Origin: a virus | Taxonomy: Duplodnaviria; Heunggongvirae; Uroviricota; Caudoviricetes | DNA length: 64,000 nt | Virus record (IMG/VR): IMGVR_UViG_3300028888_000044 | Span: 259,539-323,538 of that record | Reading direction: 5' to 3' (one strand) | Shown: piece after piece, positions 34,136 through 44,897 of the stretch | Numbering within the stretch: the stretch's first letter is position 1 | How the letters are laid out: each line of letters opens with the position of its first letter | Made by a program: the position numbers and the translations under genes | Notes under the pieces: generated by a model | Told to the model about the DNA's origin: nothing | Seen by the model: only the letters and a program-made list of their open reading frames with translations | The model's database searches: none

Positions 34136-35083
34136 ATGAAAAGAAGATTAAACGAAAGCGAAATTGATAGAATCATTTCCGAATCGATTGAATCATATAT
34201 GCTTGATGAAGGTGTTTGGGATAGTATCAAAGGGTTCGGTCAAAACATTGCCGATTTGTTTAATGATGGTTCTTCAGAGGGCGGCAAAACAACACGCAAA
34301 GGCACTTGGGCTTTCAAATATTACGTTACTACAGCATTTGTATATGGAAAGTTATTTATGAACGCTGTTAACCAATATTGTGAAAGCCAACAACTTGAGA
34401 ACAATAGTGCTAATTTTGACCCAGATAATTTGGAGAAATTATGTAATAATATGATTACAATGTATAACAATTTCTCCAAAGACAATGTAAAAGGAGACCC
34501 ACAAGAATGTGTTGATACAATGTCAAAATTACTCTCAAATTGCAAAAAATGGCGTAATTATATTATGAAGCTACCTCAAAAGTCTCAAGAACAACAAGCC
34601 CAAGACCAAACACCACAACCACAGCAAAAACAACAAAAATCATATTTTGCCCCATCTATGCCACAAAGCACAATAGGCCAATCAAGTGATGGGTCATCTG
34701 AAATGTATTTTGAATCATTACAAATGAATAGGAAGAATCGCAATAAGTTATTTGAATCATTGCAAATGAGTGGAAAGAATTTCAAGAAGCTACAAGAATT
34801 ATATGCTAATTTCTATAATAATATGAGTAAGGCTTTGCAGATGTTCAGAAACAAGTTTGGTGTTGAAGAAAAATATGATTATTGGTCTGATAGCGATTCG
34901 GAAGGCAACAGTGAAGAACAAAAACAACAGAACGAAAAAAATAAAGAATGGTGGAATACATTGGATGATAATCAGAAATCAAATGCTAATAAATTTTTAG
35001 CAAGCTGTAATCAAAACCAAAGAAATTTGTTTATGTCCACTATGTCTAAAATGTTTCCAAAAGGTGGTGACAATAATTATTAA
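34136..35083 (+). CDS. probable virion internal/head-associated protein
   Basis: N-terminal MKRRLNESEIDRIISESIESYMLDEG; repeated FESLQM; Gln-rich linker. Confidence 0.7.
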   Translation: MKRRLNESEIDRIISESIESYMLDEGVWDSIKGFGQNIADLFNDGSSEGGKTTRKGTWAFKYYVTTAFVYGKLFMNAVNQYCESQQLENNSANFDPDNLEKLCNNMITMYNNFSKDNVKGDPQECVDTMSKLLSNCKKWRNYIMKLPQKSQEQQAQDQTPQPQQKQQKSYFAPSMPQSTIGQSSDGSSEMYFESLQMNRKNRNKLFESLQMSGKNFKKLQELYANFYNNMSKALQMFRNKFGVEEKYDYWSDSDSEGNSEEQKQQNEKNKEWWNTLDDNQKSNANKFLASCNQNQRNLFMSTMSKMFPKGGDNNY

Positions 35084-35153
35084 CAATTTTTAACGAGATT
35101 TAGTTTTAAGTCTCGTTATTTTTTTATATATTTACTCTGTAATATACATTTAT

Positions 35154-35561
35154 ATGATTAAATATGAAATATGTGAAGTAACTGAAAATAAATGGTTTAA
35201 GTCATTCACAAACAATGAATTAGATGATACAGAATTCATTGATAGACTCAAAAAAAGCAAGTATTTGAACGTTATTGCTCAATGCAAAGATTCAGACAGT
35301 GTGGGAGTATATGGTTCAGCAAATGGATATGGCCTATATAACTTCTTATCTGATAAGAATCAATTTATTAGATTGTGTAATGGTGTCAAGTTAAAGGTAA
35401 TAAATGATGTCAGATTCATATTATTGAATGATGAACAGCCGTTAACAGATTTCACTTGCATTCTAAATCGATTTCTTGAAGAACAAGGGATAAAAGATAT
35501 AAATGTTAAAATATTATATTTTGAAGAATGTTTAAAAAATAAATTAGGATATAATGAGTAA
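35154..35561 (+). CDS. hypothetical protein
   Basis: 135-aa ORF. Confidence 0.7.
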   Translation: MIKYEICEVTENKWFKSFTNNELDDTEFIDRLKKSKYLNVIAQCKDSDSVGVYGSANGYGLYNFLSDKNQFIRLCNGVKLKVINDVRFILLNDEQPLTDFTCILNRFLEEQGIKDINVKILYFEECLKNKLGYNE

Positions 35562-35985
35562 AAACTGTTATTATTGTACGAAAAGCACAATTATCAAAGA
35601 CGCTAATAGTAATATGTTGGTATTACGTTGCGATATGCTAAATACACCAGTCATTAAGTTCGATTCGATAGTTCAAACAGATATTGATTCAATAAAGACT
35701 TTGGCTAATTGCCCACTTAATGACAGAGTGCAAAACAATCCTATTTTGGGTACAACTAAAAAACCTTCATTCTTGGATAAGATTCAGCCACAAGTTAGTT
35801 TGGATGATATTGTTGTTGGAACAACTTATCACGTCCCACCATATTTTAATGAGAAACGTAAGGATATAAAGATTATATGTAAATTTCCAATGGGGTTTAA
35901 CTACACAGTTGTAGGTCAAAAAGACATTGAATTTGCATATGATACAGATACATTGGCAAAGTTAATGGTACGAGCTAAAAACTAA
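35554..35985 (+). CDS. hypothetical protein (YHVPPY motif)
   Basis: C-terminal VGTTYHVPPY shared with 36642. Confidence 0.72.
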   Translation: MSKNCYYCTKSTIIKDANSNMLVLRCDMLNTPVIKFDSIVQTDIDSIKTLANCPLNDRVQNNPILGTTKKPSFLDKIQPQVSLDDIVVGTTYHVPPYFNEKRKDIKIICKFPMGFNYTVVGQKDIEFAYDTDTLAKLMVRAKN

Positions 35986-35989
35986 ACAA

Positions 35990-36325
35990 ATGGAATATAA
36001 TGAATCAATAGATTGGATAACATTGGTGGTTCTTCTCGTAATTGTCATATTTATGATTTGTCTTTTTATGTCTATTATAAGCTTATCTCTTAAGCAGCCA
36101 ATAGAATATAATGAAAAATTTGTTTTTGACGATTATTACAAGTCACCTTACCAAAGCTATTATTATAAACCTAAAGTAAAATTTGTTCTTCATCCAGCAA
36201 CAAATATTATCATTAATGATGCCAAGACAACAAAATCAGTAAACAAGAAGAAGAGCAAATATGAAAACAAGGTTGTTGAGATAGATTTACAGAAATTAAT
36301 CGCTAATTATAAACCAAAAAAATAA
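35990..36325 (+). CDS. membrane-anchored hypothetical protein
   Basis: N-terminal TM helix. Confidence 0.65.
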   Translation: MEYNESIDWITLVVLLVIVIFMICLFMSIISLSLKQPIEYNEKFVFDDYYKSPYQSYYYKPKVKFVLHPATNIIINDAKTTKSVNKKKSKYENKVVEIDLQKLIANYKPKK

Positions 36326-36331
36326 AACATT

Positions 36332-36637
36332 ATGGAAGAAATAAATCCTACTAAAACCACTACTGTTGAGACTATTGAATGCAAAATCAAGAATATGAAT
36401 CCATGTCTCTTTGTACTGTTTGCAGAGTATCTTGGCTATCTTACACCTTATATTGAATGGTGTGAAGAATATTTTGAGAAGAAGTCTTTGTCAGAAACAA
36501 AGATGAAGATTATCCAAATAGTAGCCACTAATTTTCTTCACCAAGCAAAGAAAGATTTTACCTTGATTGAGATAGAGACGTATTACGATACGTTCCATGA
36601 ATTTTTGACTAAATGGGAAGATATGATGAAAAAATAA
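36332..36637 (+). CDS. hypothetical protein
   Basis: 101-aa ORF. Confidence 0.7.
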   Translation: MEEINPTKTTTVETIECKIKNMNPCLFVLFAEYLGYLTPYIEWCEEYFEKKSLSETKMKIIQIVATNFLHQAKKDFTLIEIETYYDTFHEFLTKWEDMMKK

Positions 36638-36641
36638 CATA

Positions 36642-36956
36642 ATGAAAACAATCGACAGATTATTGAATTATGCACGTAAATTGATTCACAAAGAACCAAC
36701 TATGAAATCAACAATCAAAGCACAAATAGATTGGAAAGACATTAAGATTGGTGACAAATATCACGTGCCTCCATATGGTGATAAGGAGCGAATGGATATA
36801 GAAATTATATTTGTCAACAATTATTTCTTCACATTCAAAACAAAAACCATTTGCACTAAATATTATGCAAGTAAGGATGAACTATTGTACAGATTAATGG
36901 TAAAAGACAGATGTTATGAACAAAAAAAACAGCAATCAGTTAGCCAAGGCAAATGA
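36642..36956 (+). CDS. hypothetical protein (YHVPPY motif)
   Basis: IGDKYHVPPY. Confidence 0.7.
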   Translation: MKTIDRLLNYARKLIHKEPTMKSTIKAQIDWKDIKIGDKYHVPPYGDKERMDIEIIFVNNYFFTFKTKTICTKYYASKDELLYRLMVKDRCYEQKKQQSVSQGK

Positions 36957-37069
36957 AATATTTCTTATCTTATTTGCTATATATGTTGCATATGTTATGC
37001 TTGAATGTAAAATTCTTTTTCCACCACATAATATTTTAATTCCTATTGGTTTAATGTATTTATTCGGTA

Positions 37070-37405
37070 TTGATGACTATGAAAGATTTTCTGACAGTTA
37101 AATATAAAAATCTTCCACCTAGTGTCAAAATAAGAATACTAAAAAGATATTTGACAGATAATGGTGCTCAAATAAGATATGAAATGCTACCAAAATTACT
37201 TCAAGACAAAAATGAATATGATTTTGACTTTGATAATTTTGAAGATTTGCCAATATTCGTATTTAATTATAATCTTTATTACGTTGCTAATAAAAAGACT
37301 GTTGCTGAAGAAGATATTAAAGTATTTAGTAATAAACTATTCTTTAAGGTACTGTTAACTAAAATAGTTTATTTTATAGAATGGTTATTTATGAGATTTA
37401 AATAA
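37070..37405 (+). CDS. hypothetical protein
   Basis: 111-aa ORF ending at bidirectional terminator. Confidence 0.65.
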   Translation: MMTMKDFLTVKYKNLPPSVKIRILKRYLTDNGAQIRYEMLPKLLQDKNEYDFDFDNFEDLPIFVFNYNLYYVANKKTVAEEDIKVFSNKLFFKVLLTKIVYFIEWLFMRFK

Positions 37406-37440
37406 AAAAAGGGATACTGTAATAGCATCCCTTTTTTTTT
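37404..37440. terminator. bidirectional terminator between convergent genes
   Basis: A-run GGGATACT/AGCATCCC T-run. Confidence 0.75.
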
Positions 37441-37441
37441 A

Positions 37442-38101
37442 TTAAAGTACTTTATCTATATATTTCAATATACCTTTAATGTGTATATTGACAATGGCTT
37501 GCTTACCCTCTTCAGATAACAACCATTCAACATCTTTCTTGTTATCTTGGAAGAAATTTTCTGTAAGCACTGCAACACTTTGAGTCTTTTTCAATACAGT
37601 GAAATTCTCTTCATAATCTCTGTCACCATCAGATTTATCTGTTCTAATTACCTTGCCTAATGGTTTCAGAACTTCTTCAGCAGCATCATAAAGGCATTCA
37701 GCAAGCTTGTCTGAATTGGTCTTACCCTTGGTAGTCCAAGCAGACCAACCAGTAGCATTTTTCCATTCATTTCCATTGCTGGCAGCATTTACGTGAACAG
37801 ATATGAATATGGCGGTTTTACCTTGTTTAACAGCAGAATAGTATTTGTTGTTAGCTCTATTTGCCCTAGTGGTTAAGGATATATCCTTTACCTCTTCTGG
37901 TACAACATCATATACTTCAATACCCAACTCGCCTAATTGCAAGATAAGCATTGATACTATCTCTCTATTATACCAATATTCTCTAAACTGTTTCATTCCG
38001 TACTTGTTAGCTAAAGCAGAATCAAATAAAGGAGAACGTTTTCCTGGAGTTTCTGCTGCGTGACCGTTGTCAAGCATAACTATTACTTTTCCTCTATCCA
38101 T
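37442..38101 (-). CDS. N-acetylmuramoyl-L-alanine amidase (Amidase_3), likely endolysin
   Basis: LDNGH, RE, ISVHVNA, AVLTENFFQDN Zn-amidase motifs. Confidence 0.92.
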   Translation of the reverse strand: MDRGKVIVMLDNGHAAETPGKRSPLFDSALANKYGMKQFREYWYNREIVSMLILQLGELGIEVYDVVPEEVKDISLTTRANRANNKYYSAVKQGKTAIFISVHVNAASNGNEWKNATGWSAWTTKGKTNSDKLAECLYDAAEEVLKPLGKVIRTDKSDGDRDYEENFTVLKKTQSVAVLTENFFQDNKKDVEWLLSEEGKQAIVNIHIKGILKYIDKVL

Positions 38102-38106
38102 TTTTA

Positions 38107-39558
38107 TCAATTGTATTTATTTCCTAATTCGTTGGATATTATAAAAGATAATACTTTCTTTTCGGTAATATCCTCCATATTATATTTGTATTTAATGTCA
38201 ATGTAATATCTTTGTGGAATAAGCATTGAGGTGTCAATTGTAAAGAAATTCTCTTTTACTGTCTTGTTTACATTTTCCCAACTGATAATATCCAATTCCC
38301 TATTACCATCCATTACATATAATCTATAGTACATATCGTCTACGACCATAACAGTGTTCTTTGTATAGTTTTGTCTTGCATATATTCCGACCTTCCTTAT
38401 ATCACCTCTATTGATGTGTTCATCTTGCTTAATGCCGTAAACTGAAGAAGTAAAATGAACGTTTTCATCAAGTGTATTGCCAAAATTAAAGAAGGATTTG
38501 TCTGAATGCACTACGAACTCCATTTCAACATCATCCAATTCAATTCCGTCATATTTCAGGTTCGTCCACAAGTCATAATACATCGTTCTTTGATTGAATA
38601 CATTTTTATCTCCGAACACTTCAGCATAGTATATTCCTTTACCAAACTGCTTTACCTCGTATTGTTTTCCATCTATAGTGCATATTGGAAGCTCATCAAG
38701 GTTCTTTGCAGAACTACCAACATTACAGTACAAGTATAATCTGTTATTTTTATTCAATGCAAAGCATCCTCTATCATCTGAAATGAAGTCGCAATAAACG
38801 CTTTCAACATAAGGCTCAAAAAATGAATTTGTTTTATGAGTAAAGAAACTGCAATATCTTTCATATTCTTCATCAGAAATTTCTGTCATTGGGCTGAAAG
38901 CAACACCAATCCCATAATTCTTCAATTCACCACTAATATACTTGTTAACCAAGTCAGTAATGTCGATATGTATGTTTTCATTTCCAATGTCGAAATGTTG
39001 TCTATATAAAATAATGTCACTTCCTTCGTCAGAGCCAAATTTTTCATATTCTCTTGACAATGTTTCATTACTGTAAACACCTTCCTCTTTCCATTGGTAT
39101 CCATTTCTTGGTTTGAACCAATTACATCCATCAGTTGACACTAGATTTGGTAGTTTGTTGTGGAATTTAATATAAGTTCCCTTTACGGTGAACTTATCTC
39201 TAACCATATCAAATCCCTTACCTCCATCCCATTCCATAGGAACAAGGAAAAATATCAAGTCAAAAGACGTTGCCCTTTTAACCATACCATATGAAACATC
39301 GCTAGCCTTTCCACAGTGAAGCTCTGTAAAATCAATACTTCCAGCATTTGTCATATGCAAATAATGCCTCAACTTTTCTGTGTTGGCAAATGTCTTATCT
39401 TCTATCTTATCCTTTATTCCATCCACATTAAATTTTAGCAGCATTCTTGAATATATACCATTACCATAATGAAGTTCAGCTACTGGGTTTATACCACTGT
39501 TCAACTCACTATCTTTAACGATTGTGCATATTTTATCAATATATGTTCTTGTTACCAT
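38107..39558 (-). CDS. probable structural protein (DNRLRE-like pattern)
   Basis: 483 aa; SRMLLKFNVDGI motif; co-transcribed with amidase; ATATTTAT upstream on minus strand. Confidence 0.6.
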   Translation of the reverse strand: MVTRTYIDKICTIVKDSELNSGINPVAELHYGNGIYSRMLLKFNVDGIKDKIEDKTFANTEKLRHYLHMTNAGSIDFTELHCGKASDVSYGMVKRATSFDLIFFLVPMEWDGGKGFDMVRDKFTVKGTYIKFHNKLPNLVSTDGCNWFKPRNGYQWKEEGVYSNETLSREYEKFGSDEGSDIILYRQHFDIGNENIHIDITDLVNKYISGELKNYGIGVAFSPMTEISDEEYERYCSFFTHKTNSFFEPYVESVYCDFISDDRGCFALNKNNRLYLYCNVGSSAKNLDELPICTIDGKQYEVKQFGKGIYYAEVFGDKNVFNQRTMYYDLWTNLKYDGIELDDVEMEFVVHSDKSFFNFGNTLDENVHFTSSVYGIKQDEHINRGDIRKVGIYARQNYTKNTVMVVDDMYYRLYVMDGNRELDIISWENVNKTVKENFFTIDTSMLIPQRYYIDIKYKYNMEDITEKKVLSFIISNELGNKYN

Positions 39559-39691
39559 AACTTATACATTTATCATATAAGATAAATATTTTTATCTAAT
39601 ACTTTTTAACATTTTTTAAATATATAAGTTTACGTTTTATTATCAAAATATATATAATCATTGGTGTAAAAACATATTATATGAATAATGT

Positions 39692-40273
39692 ATGAAAATA
39701 GTAATCACGAATAAGAAGATAGACTTTGATGGAATTTTCAAGGCATATCTCAAGACCAATCCTTCTCCATATGGTAGGCAGATTGACGATTGTTCAGCAG
39801 ATGCTGATATGGACGAATATATCCAAATGTGGCAAAATTGGTGCACAAAAAATTCCAAGTCAATTGATGATTATTTCTTTGGCGGTAGAGGTGGTTATGA
39901 TGACTATGACGATGATTATTATGAGGATGATACTTATGTAGCTCCGAAGAAGGAAGAAACAAAATCTTCTTCATTAGAATCTGAATTGGATGAGGCAAAA
40001 TGTATATTCCTTTATCAAGACAGTAGTCACTTGACTAATTCAAATTGCATCAAGTTTAGTAGTTTAGCAGCTTTAGATGATTATTTAGGAAATACAACCA
40101 TATCAATAAGTGCCGCAGAAGTAAAAACTCTTATGAATAATTACAGTTCATACTGTACAATTATAACTACAGATAAACAGCCGTTCATAATTGCAAGTAA
40201 GACGTTTGACACTTTATTTGAAAGAGCAAACACATTAAACGCATTTTATTCAACTAAACTTAAAAAGAAATGA
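39692..40273 (+). CDS. hypothetical acidic protein
   Basis: 193-aa ORF with DY-rich segment. Confidence 0.75.
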   Translation: MKIVITNKKIDFDGIFKAYLKTNPSPYGRQIDDCSADADMDEYIQMWQNWCTKNSKSIDDYFFGGRGGYDDYDDDYYEDDTYVAPKKEETKSSSLESELDEAKCIFLYQDSSHLTNSNCIKFSSLAALDDYLGNTTISISAAEVKTLMNNYSSYCTIITTDKQPFIIASKTFDTLFERANTLNAFYSTKLKKK

Positions 40274-40653
40274 CATCAATTAATCTAACATCAGCACGTC
40301 AAAGATTAGATACTGATTTGAAAAATCATATTAAAAGAAATAGTAAAAAAACAGTATATGGTTACACTGTTGGTGATGTATGGGTGACAGAATTTACGTG
40401 CTATGACAGTTTCTTGAAATTAAAAAAACTAATAATATTTTACGAATTCAGTGATTTGAATTCTAAACCTAAAAAATTTACATGCGTACAAGATTTGTAT
40501 ACTTTCTTACAGCAATCAAAGATAAATTATCCAGATTATTATATGAGGGAAGACATCAAGAAAAACGACATCTTGTATATGTGCTGCAAGAAAGGAGTAC
40601 CAGAACTTGTTTGTAAAAAAAGCTATAAAGAGTTGGAAAAAGAAATTCATTAA
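40270..40653 (+). CDS. hypothetical protein
   Basis: 127-aa ORF with 4-nt overlap; resembles C-terminus of 39692. Confidence 0.7.
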   Translation: MTSINLTSARQRLDTDLKNHIKRNSKKTVYGYTVGDVWVTEFTCYDSFLKLKKLIIFYEFSDLNSKPKKFTCVQDLYTFLQQSKINYPDYYMREDIKKNDILYMCCKKGVPELVCKKSYKELEKEIH

Positions 40654-40671
40654 CTAAAAAAAATAATTTAT

Positions 40672-41124
40672 ATGAAGTATTTTGTTATTTGTAAAAAAAC
40701 AAACGGTCGAATCAAAACAGAAAAAGTGATTGCTTGTACGGAGTCAAATATTGCTGCACATGGAACTAACTTGGACCTTACAAGTTCACAAGTACGTAAT
40801 CTTTTAGCCCAAGCATCTGTTATGGAATTTGGTGAGAAGTATACAGAAGGATATATTACGATGTATTGCCTCGACACCGAAATTATTACCATTTCTAATT
40901 GCCGTACTTCTATTATTCTGTTGTGTGACGGTGAGCCAGACAGTACACTTAGTGATTATTCGGGATATACAGCTGGTCTATATGCAGAAGACCACGGAAT
41001 TTCTCCAAGCGATTTCAGTAGGTTTATTGGCTATGTAAACGAACATAGTCATTATAGTCAAAAGCTTGGTAATCATACCATTACTGGAATTTATGTCGCA
41101 AAAGAAAAAATGTTTTTATCATAA
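40672..41124 (+). CDS. hypothetical protein
   Basis: 150-aa ORF. Confidence 0.7.
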   Translation: MKYFVICKKTNGRIKTEKVIACTESNIAAHGTNLDLTSSQVRNLLAQASVMEFGEKYTEGYITMYCLDTEIITISNCRTSIILLCDGEPDSTLSDYSGYTAGLYAEDHGISPSDFSRFIGYVNEHSHYSQKLGNHTITGIYVAKEKMFLS

Positions 41125-41378
41125 TGAAAAAAACATATTATTACCCAAACAAACCAAAGGAATTAACCAAGAAGGAAAAAATACTATCAGTTGCTGAAAC
41201 TATTCTGCCTTGGTTAATGTATTACGATTATCTATTACCATTTAAATATTGGAACAAGAAGAAAGATGTAATACACTTTGTTTCCTCTGATGATTATAAA
41301 AATGCCCAACAAATTGCAATCCTTAAGTATAAGGATTTGCACGAAAAGGTATTTAAAAAACTACTAAAACAACTGTAA
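41124..41378 (+). CDS. hypothetical protein
   Basis: 84-aa ORF, TAATG coupling. Confidence 0.7.
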   Translation: MKKTYYYPNKPKELTKKEKILSVAETILPWLMYYDYLLPFKYWNKKKDVIHFVSSDDYKNAQQIAILKYKDLHEKVFKKLLKQL

Positions 41379-41382
41379 TGTT

Positions 41383-41871
41383 ATGACAATTGAAGATGTT
41401 GAAAAGTTAGTCCCAATATTCGTTTCTTCTCTAATTCGCACTTTAAAAGACCAAAACAACCAAGATGTCTTGGACAAAATTAAAGACAATATTGTATCTT
41501 TCTGTAGAAAAAGAATGATGCATATATTTAGAAGTGGTAATTATCAAAAGGATGAAGAAGATGGGTATATTGTTGCTGTCGTAAATCTCATCATAATGGA
41601 CTTGATAAGCCCACCAAAAAACCCAAATGTGCATTTTCTTGAAAAAATTGGAGAGTATTACTACAACTTAGTTTGCTCCAAAGTATTTGGTGAGAAATTC
41701 ACTAAACAGACAATATTCCAAAATGGTACAATATCTTTTGAAGATTTTTGCAAAATCGAATATATAAATCATAGGATGAATTTTCCATCTTTCAATGAAG
41801 AGCAATTTATAAAAAATTTCCATGAAGTTTTAACTAAGTTGTATGATAAATATTATTCTATGAACTCTTGA
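41383..41871 (+). CDS. hypothetical protein
   Basis: 162-aa ORF. Confidence 0.7.
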   Translation: MTIEDVEKLVPIFVSSLIRTLKDQNNQDVLDKIKDNIVSFCRKRMMHIFRSGNYQKDEEDGYIVAVVNLIIMDLISPPKNPNVHFLEKIGEYYYNLVCSKVFGEKFTKQTIFQNGTISFEDFCKIEYINHRMNFPSFNEEQFIKNFHEVLTKLYDKYYSMNS

Positions 41872-41964
41872 TTTTTGCTATTACGATTACTATTTTTTAT
41901 ATGAAATAATAAACGCAAGTTGGTGTGCGTACATAAAAATTGTAATTGAAAGGAGAATTTTGAA

Positions 41965-42372
41965 ATGAAAACTTGTAAGAAATCTGACGAAACCTCTCTT
42001 GACTTGTTCAAGAAGGAATTTGACAACTTCTTCCCTACATCGTGGAGGAACAGCTTTTTAGATTTTGGCTTCCATCAAATGGATGAGGAATTCAAGAAGC
42101 TCCAAGAATCAATCGATGAATTGAAGAAAAACATTAAGAAGACTAAAAACGGTATCACTGTAACTGTTCCTTATGATAGAAACAAGGAAACTCTTAAGCA
42201 GTGTATCGAAAACGGTGTTTTAACTGTTATTGTTAAATCTGAAGATGGAACACATGTTAGCTCCACATCTGTGACGTTACCAGAAAACTTTGAGGAAGAC
42301 CTTAAGGGTGTGTATCGTCAATATGATAAGGAAAAACACGAAATGCATCTCCATTTTTCACTGAAGAAGTGA
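41965..42372 (+). CDS. Hsp20/alpha-crystallin-like protein
   Basis: GITVTVP...IENGVLTVIV...SVTLP pattern; AAGGAG RBS; own terminator. Confidence 0.55.
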   Translation: MKTCKKSDETSLDLFKKEFDNFFPTSWRNSFLDFGFHQMDEEFKKLQESIDELKKNIKKTKNGITVTVPYDRNKETLKQCIENGVLTVIVKSEDGTHVSSTSVTLPENFEEDLKGVYRQYDKEKHEMHLHFSLKK

Positions 42373-42373
42373 T

Positions 42374-42415
42374 AAAAAAAGCCCATCAAAGACCAACCTT
42401 TGATGGGTATTTTTT
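42374..42415. terminator. bidirectional terminator
   Basis: A-run CCCATCAAAG/CTTTGATGGG T-run. Confidence 0.8.
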
Positions 42416-42520
42416 ATATTTTAAACAATTAAAACAGAAAAGATGTGCCACCGTGTTTATTTTAAAATTTGAAAATAGCTAAAAATAGCTAATTTATTGT
42501 AAATTAGCATATTAAATTCA

Positions 42521-42889
42521 TTAAAAAAATGAAATTGCTGACATCTTGCGTTTTGGACTATGTGTTTTTTGCCATTTCTCTTCAACATCAAACCAGAACC
42601 CATATCCTTCGTTAGAATAAGCCCATTCGAAAGCAGAATCTATGAATCTATTTTTATTAACTTCACATAACCAATAATACCAATAGTTACTATATTCAAA
42701 ATATGTTTGGCTAGAAGAATCTTTAACTAAAAAATCATCTATGGCATAATCTTCTTTTACATAGAGTCTGAACTGATATGCCTCTTCTTTTTGAAAATTA
42801 TTCAAATATTTTTCATAGAATCCATTTCTTTTTAAAAAGGTAATAAATTTGATAACTTCAGTAATATTTTGTTGTTGTTTTGAATTCAT
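42521..42889 (-). CDS. hypothetical protein, FxRFLKD family
   Basis: FITFLKRNGFYEKY...IDSAFEW...EGYGFW. Confidence 0.7.
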   Translation of the reverse strand: MNSKQQQNITEVIKFITFLKRNGFYEKYLNNFQKEEAYQFRLYVKEDYAIDDFLVKDSSSQTYFEYSNYWYYWLCEVNKNRFIDSAFEWAYSNEGYGFWFDVEEKWQKTHSPKRKMSAISFF

Positions 42890-43031
42890 ATAATATAAAT
42901 GTTAATTAATGTTATTATATAATTTTTTTTTAATAATTAAAATTATTTATATATTTTTAACTTTTATATTTTATTAAAATAAATAAAAAAATATATAATA
43001 GAATTAAATTAAATATTATCTATGAATTAAT

Positions 43032-43775
43032 ATGAGAAATATCTTAACGTATTTTGCATTTTTTGTTAAATTAAAAATTAAGCTAGCTAACAAGAGTTGT
43101 AAAAAGATTATATCTGTTACTGTAGCGAAAAATGGATTTTATTATGTTGAATTTGAAGATGGTTTATTTAATTATGCAAACAATAAAACATTTAAGCTAC
43201 TAAACAATGAATATTATTATGCAATGTCAGATTTCTATGACGGTATATGTATAGCTCGTATACATTCAACACCTTATAAATATAATTTCATTAAGGAAGA
43301 TGGAACATTGTTGGTCAACAAAACATATTCTTACGCACGAAGATTTGTCAATGGTTTTGCTGTTGTTAAAATGAATAATGGATACAATTATATTGACACA
43401 AATGGTAATTTATTAAGTAATGATGTTTTTGCTGAATTGGGTAATTTTAGTTGTGGCAGAGGTCGTGTACGTTTTAAAGAAAGTTTTAATTATTTGAGAG
43501 GTTTTACTTATATCAAATCTAATGGTGATTATATTGACAATTTTTTTGGTAGAGGGAATGATTTCAATGAAGATAGAGCAATAGTATATAGATACGGCAA
43601 TAATAAAATTTCTGGATATACTCCAATAGATTTAGACGGTAATTTCATTACAGATGAAACTTTTACATATATGACTGATTATAACAATGGTTTTGCAGTA
43701 GGTCAAAAAGGCGGTATATTTGGTCGAAAATATCTTATTGATAAAAATGGTAGGATTGTAAAAGAATTGGACTAA
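43032..43775 (+). CDS. WG-repeat (KWG-like) protein
   Basis: Repeats FxxGxAxVxxxxxYNYIDxxGxLL. Confidence 0.85.
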   Translation: MRNILTYFAFFVKLKIKLANKSCKKIISVTVAKNGFYYVEFEDGLFNYANNKTFKLLNNEYYYAMSDFYDGICIARIHSTPYKYNFIKEDGTLLVNKTYSYARRFVNGFAVVKMNNGYNYIDTNGNLLSNDVFAELGNFSCGRGRVRFKESFNYLRGFTYIKSNGDYIDNFFGRGNDFNEDRAIVYRYGNNKISGYTPIDLDGNFITDETFTYMTDYNNGFAVGQKGGIFGRKYLIDKNGRIVKELD

Positions 43776-43825
43776 TAGTCATTTTTTTCATTATTTCCAA
43801 ATATTTATATTAAAATGTTTTTATT

Positions 43826-44266
43826 ATGGAAAAACAAATATTACAATATATAAATCAATTGGAAGGCTATAAGACAGCAATCAAATCATTACATTGGAAT
43901 GCATCCAATATGAGTGAACACAATCTTTGGGATGATATTGCCAAAGATGTTGCAGATATTCAAGATAATGTATCTGAAATGATACAAGGAATCAAGGGAC
44001 AATTTCAGCTTGATGCATTGTCTCCAGAAAAATACCAAATAAAATCAAAAAAACAAGTATTGACTGATATTATTAATGATACTATGACATTGCTTAATGC
44101 TTTGAATGACAAAGAGGAATATATAGGTATCAAAAGTGAGCTTGAATCTTTTGTTGGTAGTATGAACAAATTCAAGTATCTGTACAATATCGCAATGAAG
44201 GAAAAGAAAATCAAGAAAGTTGTAAATGAATCAATAGAAAATTATATTAATAAATTTTGTAGATAA
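43826..44266 (+). CDS. Dps/ferritin-like four-helix protein
   Basis: KSLHWNA...EHNLWDD...QDNVSEMIQG; C-terminal IKKVVNESIENY. Confidence 0.65.
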   Translation: MEKQILQYINQLEGYKTAIKSLHWNASNMSEHNLWDDIAKDVADIQDNVSEMIQGIKGQFQLDALSPEKYQIKSKKQVLTDIINDTMTLLNALNDKEEYIGIKSELESFVGSMNKFKYLYNIAMKEKKIKKVVNESIENYINKFCR

Positions 44267-44298
44267 TACCCATTCAAAAAATGGGTATTATTTTTTTT
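44265..44298 (+). terminator. terminator
   Basis: AATACCCATT/AATGGGTATT plus T-run. Confidence 0.7.
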
Positions 44299-44344
44299 TA
44301 ACAATTTTTAATTATATATTTTTGTGCAATTTATTTTTTTTTTA

Positions 44345-44352
44345 TATCTTTG
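44345..44352 (+). promoter_or_regulatory. -7 promoter element TAnnTTTG
   Basis: TATCTTTG 30 nt before ORF 44382. Confidence 0.6.
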
Positions 44353-44381
44353 TAATGTATAAACTATAAAAATTAGAAAAA

Positions 44382-44897
44382 ATGAAAGAAGAATTACGAG
44401 AAGTTATTATTTTATTTGCCCTTATGGTATTGTCTATGCTATTTTTCGCTCTCCTTTCTTACGTACAAAGTGAGCGCACTACAATGTGTAGAATAGTTAA
44501 AATAGAAGAATGCCCAACACACAATTTACGTTATAATGTCACTTTTCAGACATTTTCAACGGATAAAGAAGTACCAACTGAATTTGAAAAGACTTTCACC
44601 AAGCTCACTAATATTAGATTCGCAAATGGTATATGCCGTAAACTTGAAGTAAATAAAATAGTACATATTAAGAATCACAATATACCTAATGTAAGCATAA
44701 CGCCAATTGAATTTTGTCTTATTGTGCTTAGTGCGTTGTTTACTTTTATGTTTGTTTTTTATGGGCTTGCTATTACTTTCGATAAAGGTAAGAAAAAAAC
44801 AAATCAAAAAGATAATGAACAACCAAAAAATGGAACTAAAACAGAATCAAATATTGTTATAAACGGTAAAAAATATTTTTTTTATGCTAAAAAATAA
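44382..44897 (+). CDS. 2-TM membrane protein
   Basis: Two TM helices; ends NIVINGKKY, like its tandem paralogue. Confidence 0.75.
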   Translation: MKEELREVIILFALMVLSMLFFALLSYVQSERTTMCRIVKIEECPTHNLRYNVTFQTFSTDKEVPTEFEKTFTKLTNIRFANGICRKLEVNKIVHIKNHNIPNVSITPIEFCLIVLSALFTFMFVFYGLAITFDKGKKKTNQKDNEQPKNGTKTESNIVINGKKYFFYAKK

